This document shows, piece after piece, positions 1 to 9,948 of a stretch of 64,000 nucleotides of DNA. The notes below the pieces were generated by a model that was given only the letters and a program-made list of their open reading frames with translations, did not search any database and had not been told where the DNA came from. Origin of the DNA: a virus (taxonomy: Duplodnaviria; Caudoviricetes); the IMG/VR virus record IMGVR_UViG_3300029288_000086, positions 79,091 through 143,090 of that record; one strand, given 5' to 3'. The first letter of the stretch is position 1. Each line of letters begins with the position of its first letter. A program made the position numbers and the translations under genes.

Positions 1-148
1 TGTCACTCTGATATGCCAAAATTGTCTTGCCACTACACCTTGTTGATTTTTCTCTAAGAAATTTTTCTACAAGTTTTTTATTGATAGGATTTATTTGTTC
101 TATTAATTCTTCTGTAACGAACTTGTTTTTGTAAGTTTTACGTGCCAT
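1..148 (-). CDS. Probable tyrosine recombinase/integrase, N-terminal part only (runs off the window)
   Basis: Not in the ORF track. Own translation from ATG at 148 (GGAGG RBS at 161-165): MARKTYKNKFVTEELIEQINPINKKLVEKFLREKSTRCSGKTILAYQSD. The S-x-x-T-I-x-A-Y-x-S-D segment resembles the start of the core-binding domain of XerC/D-type recombinases, and SPbeta has an integrase-like gene (yomM) in its tail region. Catalytic residues lie outside the window. Confidence 0.6.
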   Translation of the reverse strand, partial: MARKTYKNKFVTEELIEQINPINKKLVEKFLREKSTRCSGKTILAYQSD

Positions 149-166
149 TATTTTTAATTTCCTCCA

Positions 167-1096
167 TTATGTCATGTCTAAATAATCTACGGGAAAATTT
201 AGTTTTAATAAATTGTGATAAAGTTCCCAAGACTTTTCATCATATGCTTTTGCTGCCTCTAGCTCCAATTTAAAACTTCCTAAATGAACACTTTTCCCAC
301 CAATCCCTATTTTTGATCTCCAATTATTATTTATTTTGTCAAAAGAAACCCCTACATATATACTACTTGTGTTTTTCAATCTCTTTATCCCTGCCATTTT
401 TTCACTTGAAGACTTTCTTTTTCCTTCAGCCCTACTTCGCTTTTGCGATTCTGACATTTTTAGTTTTGTTTCGGGCGATGCTTTTCTACCAAGATTGGCA
501 ATTAATAATGCCATTTTAATTTTTTCACGAGTTTCTTGACTTCTGTTTTTTATCCCCTCCATCATTTTAGCATGGTGTTCTTCTGTCATTGGAACCCCCT
601 TATTTACAGGAGGAAGCCCTTTCCTTAATAAAGATAATCTCTGCTTCTCTTTTTCATCTATTTTTATTCTTTTTCTTTTATTGGCATCGCTCATTCGTTT
701 TTTAGTAATATCTGATACTATTCTATTCTTTTTTTCAATAGATCGTCTTTCAAGTTCTTTGATATCAAATTCTATTCCCAATACTCCTAAACCACCATCT
801 GTTTTATTATATCCAAGTTTATTATTTTTTGATTGATATAAAGAAATATAATATTTTTCACGATCATGAAGAACATCCATTTCACATTCTTCTAGAATAT
901 AAAATTTAAAATTTTCTTCTCCGTATTTATTCCATGCTGATTGCAAATGATGATTCCCATGCCTATCATTTCTTAAAGCACATCTATGATTTATCCATCT
1001 ATCATTAATATTAACGGCACATCCTATATATTTTTTATTATTAATAATATTTTCAATACAATATATTCCACATAATATTTTAGATCTCATAATCAT
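167..1096 (-). CDS. GIY-YIG homing endonuclease with NUMOD3-like repeats and C-terminal AP2 domain
   Basis: CGIYCIEN...KKYIG motif; basic repeats (ETKLKMSESQK); AP2-like YVGVSFDK..WRSKI..HLGSF..ELEAAKAYD. Confidence 0.9.
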   Translation of the reverse strand: MIMRSKILCGIYCIENIINNKKYIGCAVNINDRWINHRCALRNDRHGNHHLQSAWNKYGEENFKFYILEECEMDVLHDREKYYISLYQSKNNKLGYNKTDGGLGVLGIEFDIKELERRSIEKKNRIVSDITKKRMSDANKRKRIKIDEKEKQRLSLLRKGLPPVNKGVPMTEEHHAKMMEGIKNRSQETREKIKMALLIANLGRKASPETKLKMSESQKRSRAEGKRKSSSEKMAGIKRLKNTSSIYVGVSFDKINNNWRSKIGIGGKSVHLGSFKLELEAAKAYDEKSWELYHNLLKLNFPVDYLDMT

Positions 1097-1529
1097 ACCT
1101 TAAAACTATTTCAACTCTCGGATTCACTTTATCATACTTAAAACTTTCAAAAGCAATTTCTAACATATCTCCACTATCATCCACCAAGACATTTGCCTCT
1201 ACAAAACCATCTTGAAAAAATTTAGGACTTAACATTAAATTGTCCATATCTCTTCTTCGATGATCCGCAAAATAAAATGTATAAGTCATTTTCGCTTTAT
1301 CTATGTTTAGATTTGCAATTTTATAATAACTTGCGAGCCATATCGAGAATTCTTTATACTTTTGTTTCATATCATTTTGTTGCATTCTCTTTATTGCTGT
1401 AAAGCGATTTAGTGACGGCGGAAAAGGTTTGTCAATTGGTTTCTTTTTTCTCTTAGGATACTTATTAAAGTATTCATCATAATATTTATTCAAAACATCA
1501 TAATCTATTATAATTTTTATTTCTTGCAT
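1080..1529 (-). CDS. rusA: RusA-like Holliday junction resolvase
   Basis: PPSLN, RRRDMDNL, DGFVEANVLVDDS and PRVEIVL motifs. Confidence 0.8.
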   Translation of the reverse strand: MQEIKIIIDYDVLNKYYDEYFNKYPKRKKKPIDKPFPPSLNRFTAIKRMQQNDMKQKYKEFSIWLASYYKIANLNIDKAKMTYTFYFADHRRRDMDNLMLSPKFFQDGFVEANVLVDDSGDMLEIAFESFKYDKVNPRVEIVLRYDYEI

Positions 1530-1560
1530 TTACATACCTCCAATCCATCTTAAAAATAAT

Positions 1561-1588
1561 GGCAGAATATGAATTAACATATTCTGCC
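1561..1588. terminator. Intrinsic terminator-like hairpin after the holin
   Basis: GGCAGAATATG-aattaa-CATATTCTGCC. Confidence 0.55.
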
Positions 1589-1613
1589 TCATTCCTAAAA
1601 AACAATATAAATA

Positions 1614-2081
1614 TTATATAATACGATCCGGTATTTTTACCTGCGGAACCAATGGTTCATTTACAGGAACAACAGGATTTTCCTTCGCAATAAGCGCTTC
1701 AGTTTTTGCTATAGCTTCTGGTGATTTCTCTTTTCCTACATTAAAATTATTATAGACAGCAGCTTCAATCGCGGCATCTAATACAGCCAAATCAATTTTA
1801 ACCTTGTGAGAATCTAGATAAGTTTGTGCAATCTTAATAGCTTCATCTTTTTTGCTAACAATAACACCGTCAAGATCAAGTTGCTCGGCACATTGAACTG
1901 CTAAGTCTACTGCCTCTTGCAAAATAGCCCTATTCTTATCGCTAAGTTGTCCTTGAATTTTTACAATAACTTCCTTAATCCATGCGCTAATAAGCGTAGC
2001 GAAAGCAACTGCCAAAATCGGTAAAGATAGTTCCAACACCTTTTGTAAAAATGTCCAAAAGAATTGTGTAAAAACTTCCAT
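1614..2081 (-). CDS. Holin, LL-H family-like
   Basis: N-terminal TM helix, then AVQCAEQ...KKDEA...IEAAVY pattern. Confidence 0.7.
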   Translation of the reverse strand: MEVFTQFFWTFLQKVLELSLPILAVAFATLISAWIKEVIVKIQGQLSDKNRAILQEAVDLAVQCAEQLDLDGVIVSKKDEAIKIAQTYLDSHKVKIDLAVLDAAIEAAVYNNFNVGKEKSPEAIAKTEALIAKENPVVPVNEPLVPQVKIPDRII

Positions 2082-2107
2082 ATATTATTCTCCTTTTGTA
2101 AATATTA

Positions 2108-2596
2108 TTAACCTCGTATAAACGAGATATCATGCGCGACAAACGCCCCTTCCAATATTGCATCAAAACTTCCATCTTCTAGCATTCGTTCCACAACATT
2201 CCAGAAAGGTCTTGCTTCACCAGCATATCCACCAAAATCATAATTATTCCCAGATTCTATGTATTCAGCAAGATTTTTACGTCTATCTAAAACACTGTTA
2301 CCATGTTGATGTTCATCAGGATTATATTCCATTCGTGCCCAATCATACCCCACTCTGGCACTAATTTCGTTCCCGATAAACTTTGCAGTATCCTTCGACC
2401 ATGCATCTAGAAAACCCCCACTATCCATAAGTCTAACATAATCTCCGCTATAAGGATAGTCTTCATAAACATTTAAGAAAACAACCTCTTTTATATTTTC
2501 CAAAATTACTTGAGTTACATCATCCATGATCTTTCTCAGATCATTTCCGATAATTTGCATCAGCATAGCATCATTTGTTATAGGAGTACTGTTCAT
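2108..2596 (-). CDS. Tail-module protein (possible HK97 gp10-like tail completion protein)
   Basis: Position in the late operon; C-terminal ARPFW motif. Confidence 0.45.
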   Translation of the reverse strand: MNSTPITNDAMLMQIIGNDLRKIMDDVTQVILENIKEVVFLNVYEDYPYSGDYVRLMDSGGFLDAWSKDTAKFIGNEISARVGYDWARMEYNPDEHQHGNSVLDRRKNLAEYIESGNNYDFGGYAGEARPFWNVVERMLEDGSFDAILEGAFVAHDISFIRG

Positions 2597-2602
2597 AAGA
2601 AT

Positions 2603-2869
2603 TTACCTCCTATTATACTTAGAATTATTAAATTTATCTTTATCTTTCCATGATTTCTCAAGAACAACTGCCTCAACAACCTCGACTTTATTATTGTTGC
2701 GCTTATCTGTTATATTTTCCCTGCACCCACATTCGTCACAAATACGAAATGTTTCAACATAACTTGCCCCTGTTTCGTCATCAATAATATCAACAATGCT
2801 CATCCTGTCATTTTCACAGTCAGGACACGGATGTTTTATCTTTTTTCTAAATTTCTCTTTCACAGTCAT
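2603..2869 (-). CDS. Small zinc-ribbon protein
   Basis: CPDC...CDEC. Confidence 0.6.
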   Translation of the reverse strand: MTVKEKFRKKIKHPCPDCENDRMSIVDIIDDETGASYVETFRICDECGCRENITDKRNNNKVEVVEAVVLEKSWKDKDKFNNSKYNRR

Positions 2870-2882
2870 ATTTATCTTTTCA

Positions 2883-2900
2883 ATGAAATCACGATTTCAT
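2883..2900. repeat. Palindrome copy in the late region
   Basis: ATGAAA-TCACGA-TTTCAT. Confidence 0.8.
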
Positions 2901-3485
2901 GGGGATCTTTTGTGTTGTTTCGGAAGGCTTTTTAGATTTCTTTTCCGAAACGGAAGAGGTGCCCTCAATTTTAGGGAATACTTCTGCGAGTTGCTGTAAT
3001 TGGGGTGCGATATCTTTTGCGAGATTTTGAACTCCTTCAGGAGACCAATCCATCTGTGAAATATTATCAATAAACAATCCTACTTTGTCAATAAGTTTAT
3101 TTAACTTTCCTTCCAGATTTTTTTGTTGGGAGATTCTTTCGATGTCTCTTGACAATTCTGCAAAATTAATAATAGCACTTTTAATTTTATACCAAGCACC
3201 TGTATTCAAAAGATTGTCTACAAATTTAGTGGCTTTTTCATTATCATTTTTTTCATCCTCAATATTAATATCAGTCATAATATTAATGACATTTAAAACC
3301 AAATTAAGTTCTGCCTCTAAGTGAGATTCTACGGGGGACAATTCTCTCTCTGCAAAATAAGCATCCAATATAGCATGCTTTCCTGTAATATCAAGATAAG
3401 AATTTACCCATATTTTCTGATTGCCAACCTCAATCTCTGTTTTTACTTTTTCTGGAAATTTTAAATCAATCTTTTTTTCTTCCAT
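2889..3485 (-). CDS. Hypothetical protein (possible tail assembly chaperone)
   Basis: 198 aa downstream of the tail tube gene; stop codon lies inside a palindrome copy. Confidence 0.5.
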   Translation of the reverse strand: MEEKKIDLKFPEKVKTEIEVGNQKIWVNSYLDITGKHAILDAYFAERELSPVESHLEAELNLVLNVINIMTDINIEDEKNDNEKATKFVDNLLNTGAWYKIKSAIINFAELSRDIERISQQKNLEGKLNKLIDKVGLFIDNISQMDWSPEGVQNLAKDIAPQLQQLAEVFPKIEGTSSVSEKKSKKPSETTQKIPMKS

Positions 3486-3513
3486 TTTTCCTTTATCCTA
3501 AAAATATAAAATT

Positions 3514-3954
3514 TTAAAATTCTTCTTTGTCAGATTTTCTTACAACTTTGCGAGGAATTTTCATTTTGACAGGTTCTACATTAGCAGGGGCATATGTCTT
3601 AACTTGGCTAACAAGTCTATCTGCCCAATCTCTCAAAGATTCATTCTCTGCTTTTGCTTCATCTAATTCAAACTGAAGTTCCTCTACGTCCAGTCTAAGC
3701 CCCTCTATTTCTCTTTCATATTTTCTGCAATTTGCGGTAAGTTCTTTACGCATCTCAGCTACTTGAGCAGCGGCTTCTTTAGAAATAGACAAAGCATCTG
3801 CGGTATTGTCCAACGCTAATTGGCCACCCTCAAGAATCGTTTTTTCGGTCTCTACTTTTAATTTTTGCTTATCGCTTTTAGAAAGAAAGGTCTTCCATAG
3901 CATTACTAGAACGCCAACGATAGCGATAATGTCTGTAACGCTAAGATTCTCCAT
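3514..3954 (-). CDS. Membrane-anchored coiled-coil protein (lysis-associated?)
   Basis: Likely start MENLS at 3954 after an RBS; one N-terminal TM helix plus a long heptad region. Confidence 0.55.
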   Translation of the reverse strand: MENLSVTDIIAIVGVLVMLWKTFLSKSDKQKLKVETEKTILEGGQLALDNTADALSISKEAAAQVAEMRKELTANCRKYEREIEGLRLDVEELQFELDEAKAENESLRDWADRLVSQVKTYAPANVEPVKMKIPRKVVRKSDKEEF

Positions 3955-4303
3955 TCCTTTTCTCTCCTCTTGTTCTAAATTTTTTAATGCTGTCACGAAT
4001 TAGATCAGGTAAATAAACAGGTTTTTGATTAGCAAGCAATAACAGAAAAACTAAAATCACCATAGATGGTCGTATAAATGTAGATGCAAAATTGTATTCG
4101 CTACCTTTTGGAATAAATACTAATATAGTATAAACAACACTCCAATAAAAACCTAATACTATATATGTCCATTTAGCCCATCCAACATCAGAGAACCTTC
4201 TTTTTTTCTTCGAATTTTTTAATACATCTATTAAATTTGCTAATCCAACAATAAAGCTTCCAAAAATCATTGCATATAAATAAATGTTTGCAATAATATC
4301 CAT
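3941..4303 (-). CDS. Three-TM membrane protein (holin-like)
   Basis: GGAGG RBS before MDIIAN at 4303; three hydrophobic helices and a basic C-tail. Confidence 0.55.
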   Translation of the reverse strand: MDIIANIYLYAMIFGSFIVGLANLIDVLKNSKKKRRFSDVGWAKWTYIVLGFYWSVVYTILVFIPKGSEYNFASTFIRPSMVILVFLLLLANQKPVYLPDLIRDSIKKFRTRGEKRNGES

Positions 4304-4324
4304 CGCATTGCCTCCTTTTAAAAA

Positions 4325-4349
4325 AGGGGCGAGGATTAGTCGCCCCCCT
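4325..4349 (-). terminator. Intrinsic terminator after the major tail gene
   Basis: GGGGCGA-ggattag-TCGCCCC with an adjacent A-run (U-tract on the minus strand). Confidence 0.75.
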
Positions 4350-4366
4350 AATAGCAATGCTTAGAA

Positions 4367-5425
4367 TTAAGCAGTAGCAGTAATAGTAGCAGTATCTGTC
4401 AAAGTGCCAGAGACACTATCGGTATAGCAAGCACTAATTATAGCAATATATCCGGCAGCAATTGATGAACCAGCAGTCACAAGACCAGTATTTGCGCCAA
4501 CACTATAGAATGCAGCAGGAGGAGTTACTGAGCCTGAAGTCACGTGATACGACGCAGAAGTGGTCACATCAACATTTCCATTCAGTCCACCACGCAAGCC
4601 AAGAGCCTGAAGTTGGATGGTCTTAGGAAGTCCAGCAGCAACAGAGAATGAAGTATCTTTGCTCAAAAATAGATTATTCACACTAGGATTAGCACCAGTA
4701 TAAGGGATACGAGTAATAGTAGCATAATAATCATTGACAGTACAATTAGTCGTTTTAGTTACTAAAGCAGTCCCCTCAAGAGGTTGGCTTGAAACACCAT
4801 TTGCTGTCATTGCTAAAGTATAGTTACCCAGAACTTGGAAATTCGGAATATGAATTTGAACAAGATTGACAATACCTTTAGTAGTAGAATCTCTTTCCTG
4901 AGTAGTCAAGGTAAGGTCTACAATAGTAGGAGGAGCAACTGCTTCTACTGTAAGTTGATCGGCAGTTACCGCATATTCATAAACAGCCGTACCAGATAAA
5001 CTATTTCCACCAGAAACAGTGATTACACTACCAACAGGAGTCACGTTTTGAATAGTGGCAGGATCTCCAAGGAATACATTAACACCCTTTGTTCCAGTAG
5101 GAGTATTTGCCAAAGTAGCACTACCACTAGCAGAGAAGGTCACACATTCGGTTTTTAGAGCAGTCACAGAACTATTCAATACAGTCGTACCAGCGTTCAA
5201 AGACAAGATATCCATATTGAAAGAAGCGTCAGTAATTTTGACATCAACTTTTTTATCATGAATATAGGTAAAGAGTAACTGGTTATTAATACCACCACGA
5301 ACTTCAGTGGATTGAGCAGACATGGTAAAAGCACTATCAATATTTGCCTTACCATACATTAAAGCAACACCAGTCGTAGAATCTCTGATAATTGCATCAC
5401 CAACACTAACAAGCACACGAGTCAT
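4367..5425 (-). CDS. Major tail tube protein with C-terminal Ig-like extension
   Basis: EVRGGINNQLL segment typical of SPbeta-like tail tubes; beta-rich T/S/G composition; own terminator; synteny. Confidence 0.7.
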   Translation of the reverse strand: MTRVLVSVGDAIIRDSTTGVALMYGKANIDSAFTMSAQSTEVRGGINNQLLFTYIHDKKVDVKITDASFNMDILSLNAGTTVLNSSVTALKTECVTFSASGSATLANTPTGTKGVNVFLGDPATIQNVTPVGSVITVSGGNSLSGTAVYEYAVTADQLTVEAVAPPTIVDLTLTTQERDSTTKGIVNLVQIHIPNFQVLGNYTLAMTANGVSSQPLEGTALVTKTTNCTVNDYYATITRIPYTGANPSVNNLFLSKDTSFSVAAGLPKTIQLQALGLRGGLNGNVDVTTSASYHVTSGSVTPPAAFYSVGANTGLVTAGSSIAAGYIAIISACYTDSVSGTLTDTATITATA

Positions 5426-5443
5426 ATTTTATTTTCTCCTTTT

Positions 5444-6232
5444 TTATTTTAAAATGGTATTTCCGGTCAGTTCAGCTTCCAGTTTTCCGAATTCTTCCTG
5501 ACTCATCAATATACTATCATATCTATCTTTTTTCTTTCTATGATAAAGATATGACTGTAATTTTCCACTTTTCATTTTTACTTGCCCTGATGCTATCAAA
5601 GGCTCATAAAGTTCATATTGCTTTAAAACAATAATTCTATCAAATAATTCTGATAGTTGATAAAGAGTCCATTCCCCTATTTCTTTAGGAATATATTTAA
5701 ATAAAACAGATAATGTAAATATCTGATCATTAAAAGTAAGAGGGTATTCCCTTTGAACCCATTTCAGATTTTCTTCTAGATCTGGATTGTATTGATTAAT
5801 ATAATCAATATCACTGCCATTTTGTTCAAGAATTATTTCTCTAAGATTTTCAAACTCCTCTTCTGAAAATATTGTTTTCCCAATTTGTAATTGAAAAATA
5901 CTGTTATCTAAATCTTCTAAAGTTTCTACTTTCCCCTTAGCATTTAAAGCTATTATTTCAACATCTTCATTTTTTGTAATATATTTAAAAAAATCTTCAA
6001 TCATATGTTGAGGGATTTGAAGTTCTATTAACACAAATTTCAAATAACTCATTTTATATAATCTTTTTGTAGAAGACGCAGCCAATTTAGGATAAGTAAA
6101 AATACCGTTAAATAATTTAATATATTCTAAATCTTTTACAAGTAAGGGGTGAAATTCTATTTCTTTATATTTTTGAGGATATCCAAAAGCATCATTAATT
6201 TCATCATAATTTTGTATCGCTTCTGTGTTCAC
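5444..6232 (-). CDS. Conserved neck/tail-module protein
   Basis: Synteny between neck and tail tube genes; GGAGG RBS. Confidence 0.5.
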   Translation of the reverse strand: MNTEAIQNYDEINDAFGYPQKYKEIEFHPLLVKDLEYIKLFNGIFTYPKLAASSTKRLYKMSYLKFVLIELQIPQHMIEDFFKYITKNEDVEIIALNAKGKVETLEDLDNSIFQLQIGKTIFSEEEFENLREIILEQNGSDIDYINQYNPDLEENLKWVQREYPLTFNDQIFTLSVLFKYIPKEIGEWTLYQLSELFDRIIVLKQYELYEPLIASGQVKMKSGKLQSYLYHRKKKDRYDSILMSQEEFGKLEAELTGNTILK

Positions 6233-6244
6233 ATGGATACCTCC

Positions 6245-6820
6245 CTAGAAATTCTGATTACACATAATTAATTCGAAACCTTTATATACACTATTACCAA
6301 CATTTATACCTGTCATACGACAATATTGAGATGCTTTATAATCAAAGAATAATCTGCCCAAGTTTTCTATATCTGCTCCGTTTAATACTTCTATCAACCG
6401 CTGTATTATAGATAATGAACGAGGATTTTTATTACTCATCATATTGATGGTTTCATGACTGTATACTTCGAAGCGAATTGATTGAGTTCCTGTTACATAA
6501 TTTTTAGGAACAACAGTTACAGGACTTATTCTTAAAACAGTAGCAACTTCTGTCCATGCAGCGCTCATGCCCGCATCAAAGAAAACTCGATAATCAGTCA
6601 TCATCCCATTGCCTTGATATATTAAGGCACCTTTTTGAGCACTAGTAAGATTAGCATTTACATTTACATTCCATGCAGTATTAACAGGATATTTTAGTAA
6701 TCTCCAAATAAAATCATCATTATTCATAAGATAGGTTGTAATATTATAAGGGACTTCCTCTAATTTTGTATATTTGTTATAAGCATCTTGAATACCATCT
6801 AAAATTTGGGTTGCTGTCAT
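6245..6820 (-). CDS. Putative tail terminator/neck protein
   Basis: 191 aa; synteny. Confidence 0.45.
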   Translation of the reverse strand: MTATQILDGIQDAYNKYTKLEEVPYNITTYLMNNDDFIWRLLKYPVNTAWNVNVNANLTSAQKGALIYQGNGMMTDYRVFFDAGMSAAWTEVATVLRISPVTVVPKNYVTGTQSIRFEVYSHETINMMSNKNPRSLSIIQRLIEVLNGADIENLGRLFFDYKASQYCRMTGINVGNSVYKGFELIMCNQNF

Positions 6821-6838
6821 TTTGCATATCTCCTTCTT

Positions 6839-8107
6839 TTAGAATGCGCCGTTAAGCGTTATTGAAATTTGTTTTGTGTATGAACCAGATGTTGCGGTTA
6901 TGAGTAGGGGTAGGTCAAGGTATCGTTCTACGTTTTCTAATGAGAATCCATTATTATTTGTAATCATAATGTAATGATCAGTAGGAACATTTGTATTAGC
7001 AGCCGCAAATGTAAAGGTATTTGCTTGTGCTACGCCATTAGTATAGAGATATGTTGTAAATATTGTTGTATCTCCTTCTAATATTTCTGTGTTATCTGAT
7101 GGTAATACTCGTATCTCGGTTGTAGTCGTTCCAGATGCGGTCACAGATATTAATGCAGATGCCGATACGGAAGGATTACCTCCCATATACGATGTTATTG
7201 TTGTACTTCCAGATGCATTTAGAGTAATCGATCCAGATGTGTTGACAGTAGCTATGGTTGATGAACTAGTCGCATAGGTAAGAGAACCAGTTGTAGGTAG
7301 GTTGTTACAGAGTAGAGTAGCATTGATAGGATATGATTCTGATACGTTACCTGATATTTGAGAGGCTGAGAGGGAAATAGAGTACACCAACTTGTAGTAA
7401 TCTGCGATACCCAAAGTTAAGTTATCGGTTTGTGTATTATATTGATATCCGCCCATAGTCAAGGTCATCATTCTCGCTGTTGTATCTGTCAACGTTTGCT
7501 GATTTTGGGAATTCATGATCCCGTTACCAAACAATTTCCAACACACTCTTTGATTTGGACGTCCAAATAAGAATCTTTGATTTGGCTGAACCAATTCTGT
7601 ACGAGTATTTAGCTGTAGGAAACAGTCGCAATATCCTTGCGGAAGTGCAAGATCATCCTGCCTGAGCAAATCACGGGTTCCGGTGATATCATAATCCACG
7701 ACAAGTGGCTCTTGATAAATAACACCGTTGTCACCAATCCAACGCAATTGCTCATTACATCTTCGAACAACACAATTCAAAAGTACTGACTTTATATTAT
7801 CTGTAAATACGCAGAGCCAAAAATTATCATCAAAGTAGAAAAGTGTGCCAATTGTAGGAATAAAAGTTTCATAAGTATCCAAGATTATTTGTTTCCAATC
7901 GTCTCCACGTTTTTGACCTGTTTTACTATCCACAACAGCAGTAATACGAACATCTATGTCTTGATATATTTGACTTCCAAAAGATATTTCTCGTTGTATA
8001 GTAAAAATATCTGTACTATTTTTAAATAGTGTATGTCCTGCGTATTTATACTCATTTACTTTTATTTGACTAGCGGAAGGGGTTTGTCCGAGCGCAAATC
8101 TCATCAT
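6839..8107 (-). CDS. Head-closure/neck protein with C-terminal Ig-like domains
   Basis: VRRCNEQLRW segment typical of SPbeta-like neck proteins; Big_2-like YATSSSTIATVNTSGSIT. Confidence 0.55.
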   Translation of the reverse strand: MMRFALGQTPSASQIKVNEYKYAGHTLFKNSTDIFTIQREISFGSQIYQDIDVRITAVVDSKTGQKRGDDWKQIILDTYETFIPTIGTLFYFDDNFWLCVFTDNIKSVLLNCVVRRCNEQLRWIGDNGVIYQEPLVVDYDITGTRDLLRQDDLALPQGYCDCFLQLNTRTELVQPNQRFLFGRPNQRVCWKLFGNGIMNSQNQQTLTDTTARMMTLTMGGYQYNTQTDNLTLGIADYYKLVYSISLSASQISGNVSESYPINATLLCNNLPTTGSLTYATSSSTIATVNTSGSITLNASGSTTITSYMGGNPSVSASALISVTASGTTTTEIRVLPSDNTEILEGDTTIFTTYLYTNGVAQANTFTFAAANTNVPTDHYIMITNNNGFSLENVERYLDLPLLITATSGSYTKQISITLNGAF

Positions 8108-8119
8108 ATTACCCCTCCT

Positions 8120-8596
8120 TTATGTAGTATAAAAAGTCTGATTAAACCAATTGTCCCAAGACACATTATTATCCCAATCATAATCACCCAATAACTTATC
8201 AACGCCTTCAATAACTTCAATCAAGTATGCTTTCATTGATGGAAGCATGGGAGCAGACATCTTAAATTCCCTATCAACAAAATATCTTCCAAGGGCATTT
8301 TTGTCTGATACTTGTTGTTGCAACCATTGTTTAACCATTGCGCGAGACAAAATATTGATCTCTCTACTTGCCAAATCTCTTGTAAAATATCCGACAACAG
8401 ACGATCCAGACCCTTCGGTATAACTCATATCTGCCGTTGTTACTCTTGAAAAATCATCAATTGCGGCGAGAAGCCAGTATTCAGTATAATTGACCATCGC
8501 AGCAGATCCGCTAGTAGTATAAAGCGTGTTCAAAGTATCATCATTTTTTATTTGTAGCATAAATCTGTCTACAACACTACTTGCACTTGTTCCCAT
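8120..8596 (-). CDS. Putative head-tail adaptor
   Basis: 158 aa helical protein after the capsid genes; EINILSRAMVKQWL. Confidence 0.5.
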   Translation of the reverse strand: MGTSASSVVDRFMLQIKNDDTLNTLYTTSGSAAMVNYTEYWLLAAIDDFSRVTTADMSYTEGSGSSVVGYFTRDLASREINILSRAMVKQWLQQQVSDKNALGRYFVDREFKMSAPMLPSMKAYLIEVIEGVDKLLGDYDWDNNVSWDNWFNQTFYTT

Positions 8597-8705
8597 AGCC
8601 CTCCTTTCTTATTGTTTAATTTTTATCAATATAGTTAATATTAAAAAATCTACCTTCGATTAAAAAGATAGATTTGTTAATATATATTATAATTTTTTAT
8701 TTTTA

Positions 8706-9746
8706 TCAGGGGATTATTAGTTCACCAGATGCTATTTTTTGTTGTTCTTTGTATTGCATAAAATCTTCAAATTGATTAAGTGAATTGTTATATTGCCCAT
8801 ACCAGCTATGAAATTCGTCGTGGTGTTTCTTACAAATTGCTACACCCAATAAATGCCTGTAATGTATTTCTAAAACTTTATCAACTATAATATCTATTTC
8901 TTTAGTGTCATACTCTGAAATTCTTAATCTTCTTTTTATACCCAATTCTCTAAAAGCATCATGAACTATATTATAAAAATTATAAAGATGGTGTATATGA
9001 AGATGTTTTGTTTCACCGCAAATTAAACATTTATGATTAGATATTTCTAAAGATTCATCCCTCCATTTTTTCATTTTCTTTTGCAAATAACTAAAAATTA
9101 ATGTTTTACCACCTTGCCAATTGTTTCCTCCCTCGCCTCTTTTTTCTAACGAAACTCTTTCTGTTGTACATTGATTGCATCTACAAGAATATAATAAACT
9201 TGAAATATCATGAGTTTCAATATGTCCTTTTGGGCATTTCGTTTTTACTACAGAATGATTATTTAAATAACCATCTACAAATTCTACTATTTCAAGTCCT
9301 TTTGTTTTTAAACGATTTTCAATTTCTTTCTCACCTAATCGCCTTGATTTTCCACCTAGTTTTCTACCACATTCAGGACAACGCGACCCTTTTTTAAAAT
9401 TATAAAAAGATAATTCTTTCGTATGTCCACAAGGAAAGCTTATTAAAAGTTTCTCATCTACACCATAATAATTTTCAGAAATCAATTCACAATCTGTCGA
9501 ATTTATATAGTTTTTAACATAATCAAAAGAAAACGAATGCTTTTTTCGTCTACCTTCATTCGCGCACTGGGGACATCCGGTTCCTCTTCCAATTATATCT
9601 CGCGGCATAGTATAGAAATCAACACCGTGGAGATTACATCTAAATTTTCCTTTTGCACTCATTTTTGTATATTCTAACACCGTAATATTATTTCCAAATT
9701 TTTCAAACACCAAATATTCTATTTCTTTCAAATCTTTTTTTCTCAA
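8706..9746 (-). CDS. HNH homing endonuclease with repeated zinc-ribbon domains
   Basis: Repeated C..H...GCPxC units; C-terminal CLICG...HIHH...ICKKHHDEFH; own promoter. Confidence 0.8.
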   Translation of the reverse strand: MRKKDLKEIEYLVFEKFGNNITVLEYTKMSAKGKFRCNLHGVDFYTMPRDIIGRGTGCPQCANEGRRKKHSFSFDYVKNYINSTDCELISENYYGVDEKLLISFPCGHTKELSFYNFKKGSRCPECGRKLGGKSRRLGEKEIENRLKTKGLEIVEFVDGYLNNHSVVKTKCPKGHIETHDISSLLYSCRCNQCTTERVSLEKRGEGGNNWQGGKTLIFSYLQKKMKKWRDESLEISNHKCLICGETKHLHIHHLYNFYNIVHDAFRELGIKRRLRISEYDTKEIDIIVDKVLEIHYRHLLGVAICKKHHDEFHSWYGQYNNSLNQFEDFMQYKEQQKIASGELIIP

Positions 9747-9862
9747 TTTTATCTCCCAATTTCAATAAATACCCTTAATTATAAAAATGAGCGAAAGAAT
9801 ACTTAAGGGTCGTATTCTTGTCAACAAATTCATGAGGTTTGTCTATCCGCTCATTTACATTT

Positions 9863-9891
9863 ATATTACCACACTTTTACAATTTTGTCAA
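9863..9891 (-). promoter_or_regulatory. SigmaA-type promoter for the HNH gene
   Basis: Minus strand TTGACA-17bp-TAATAT with extended TG. Confidence 0.7.
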
Positions 9892-9948
9892 GGGTTAAAT
9901 AAATATTCCTTCCCTCTTATTGCTATATAGTAAAAACCACGTTATTTT

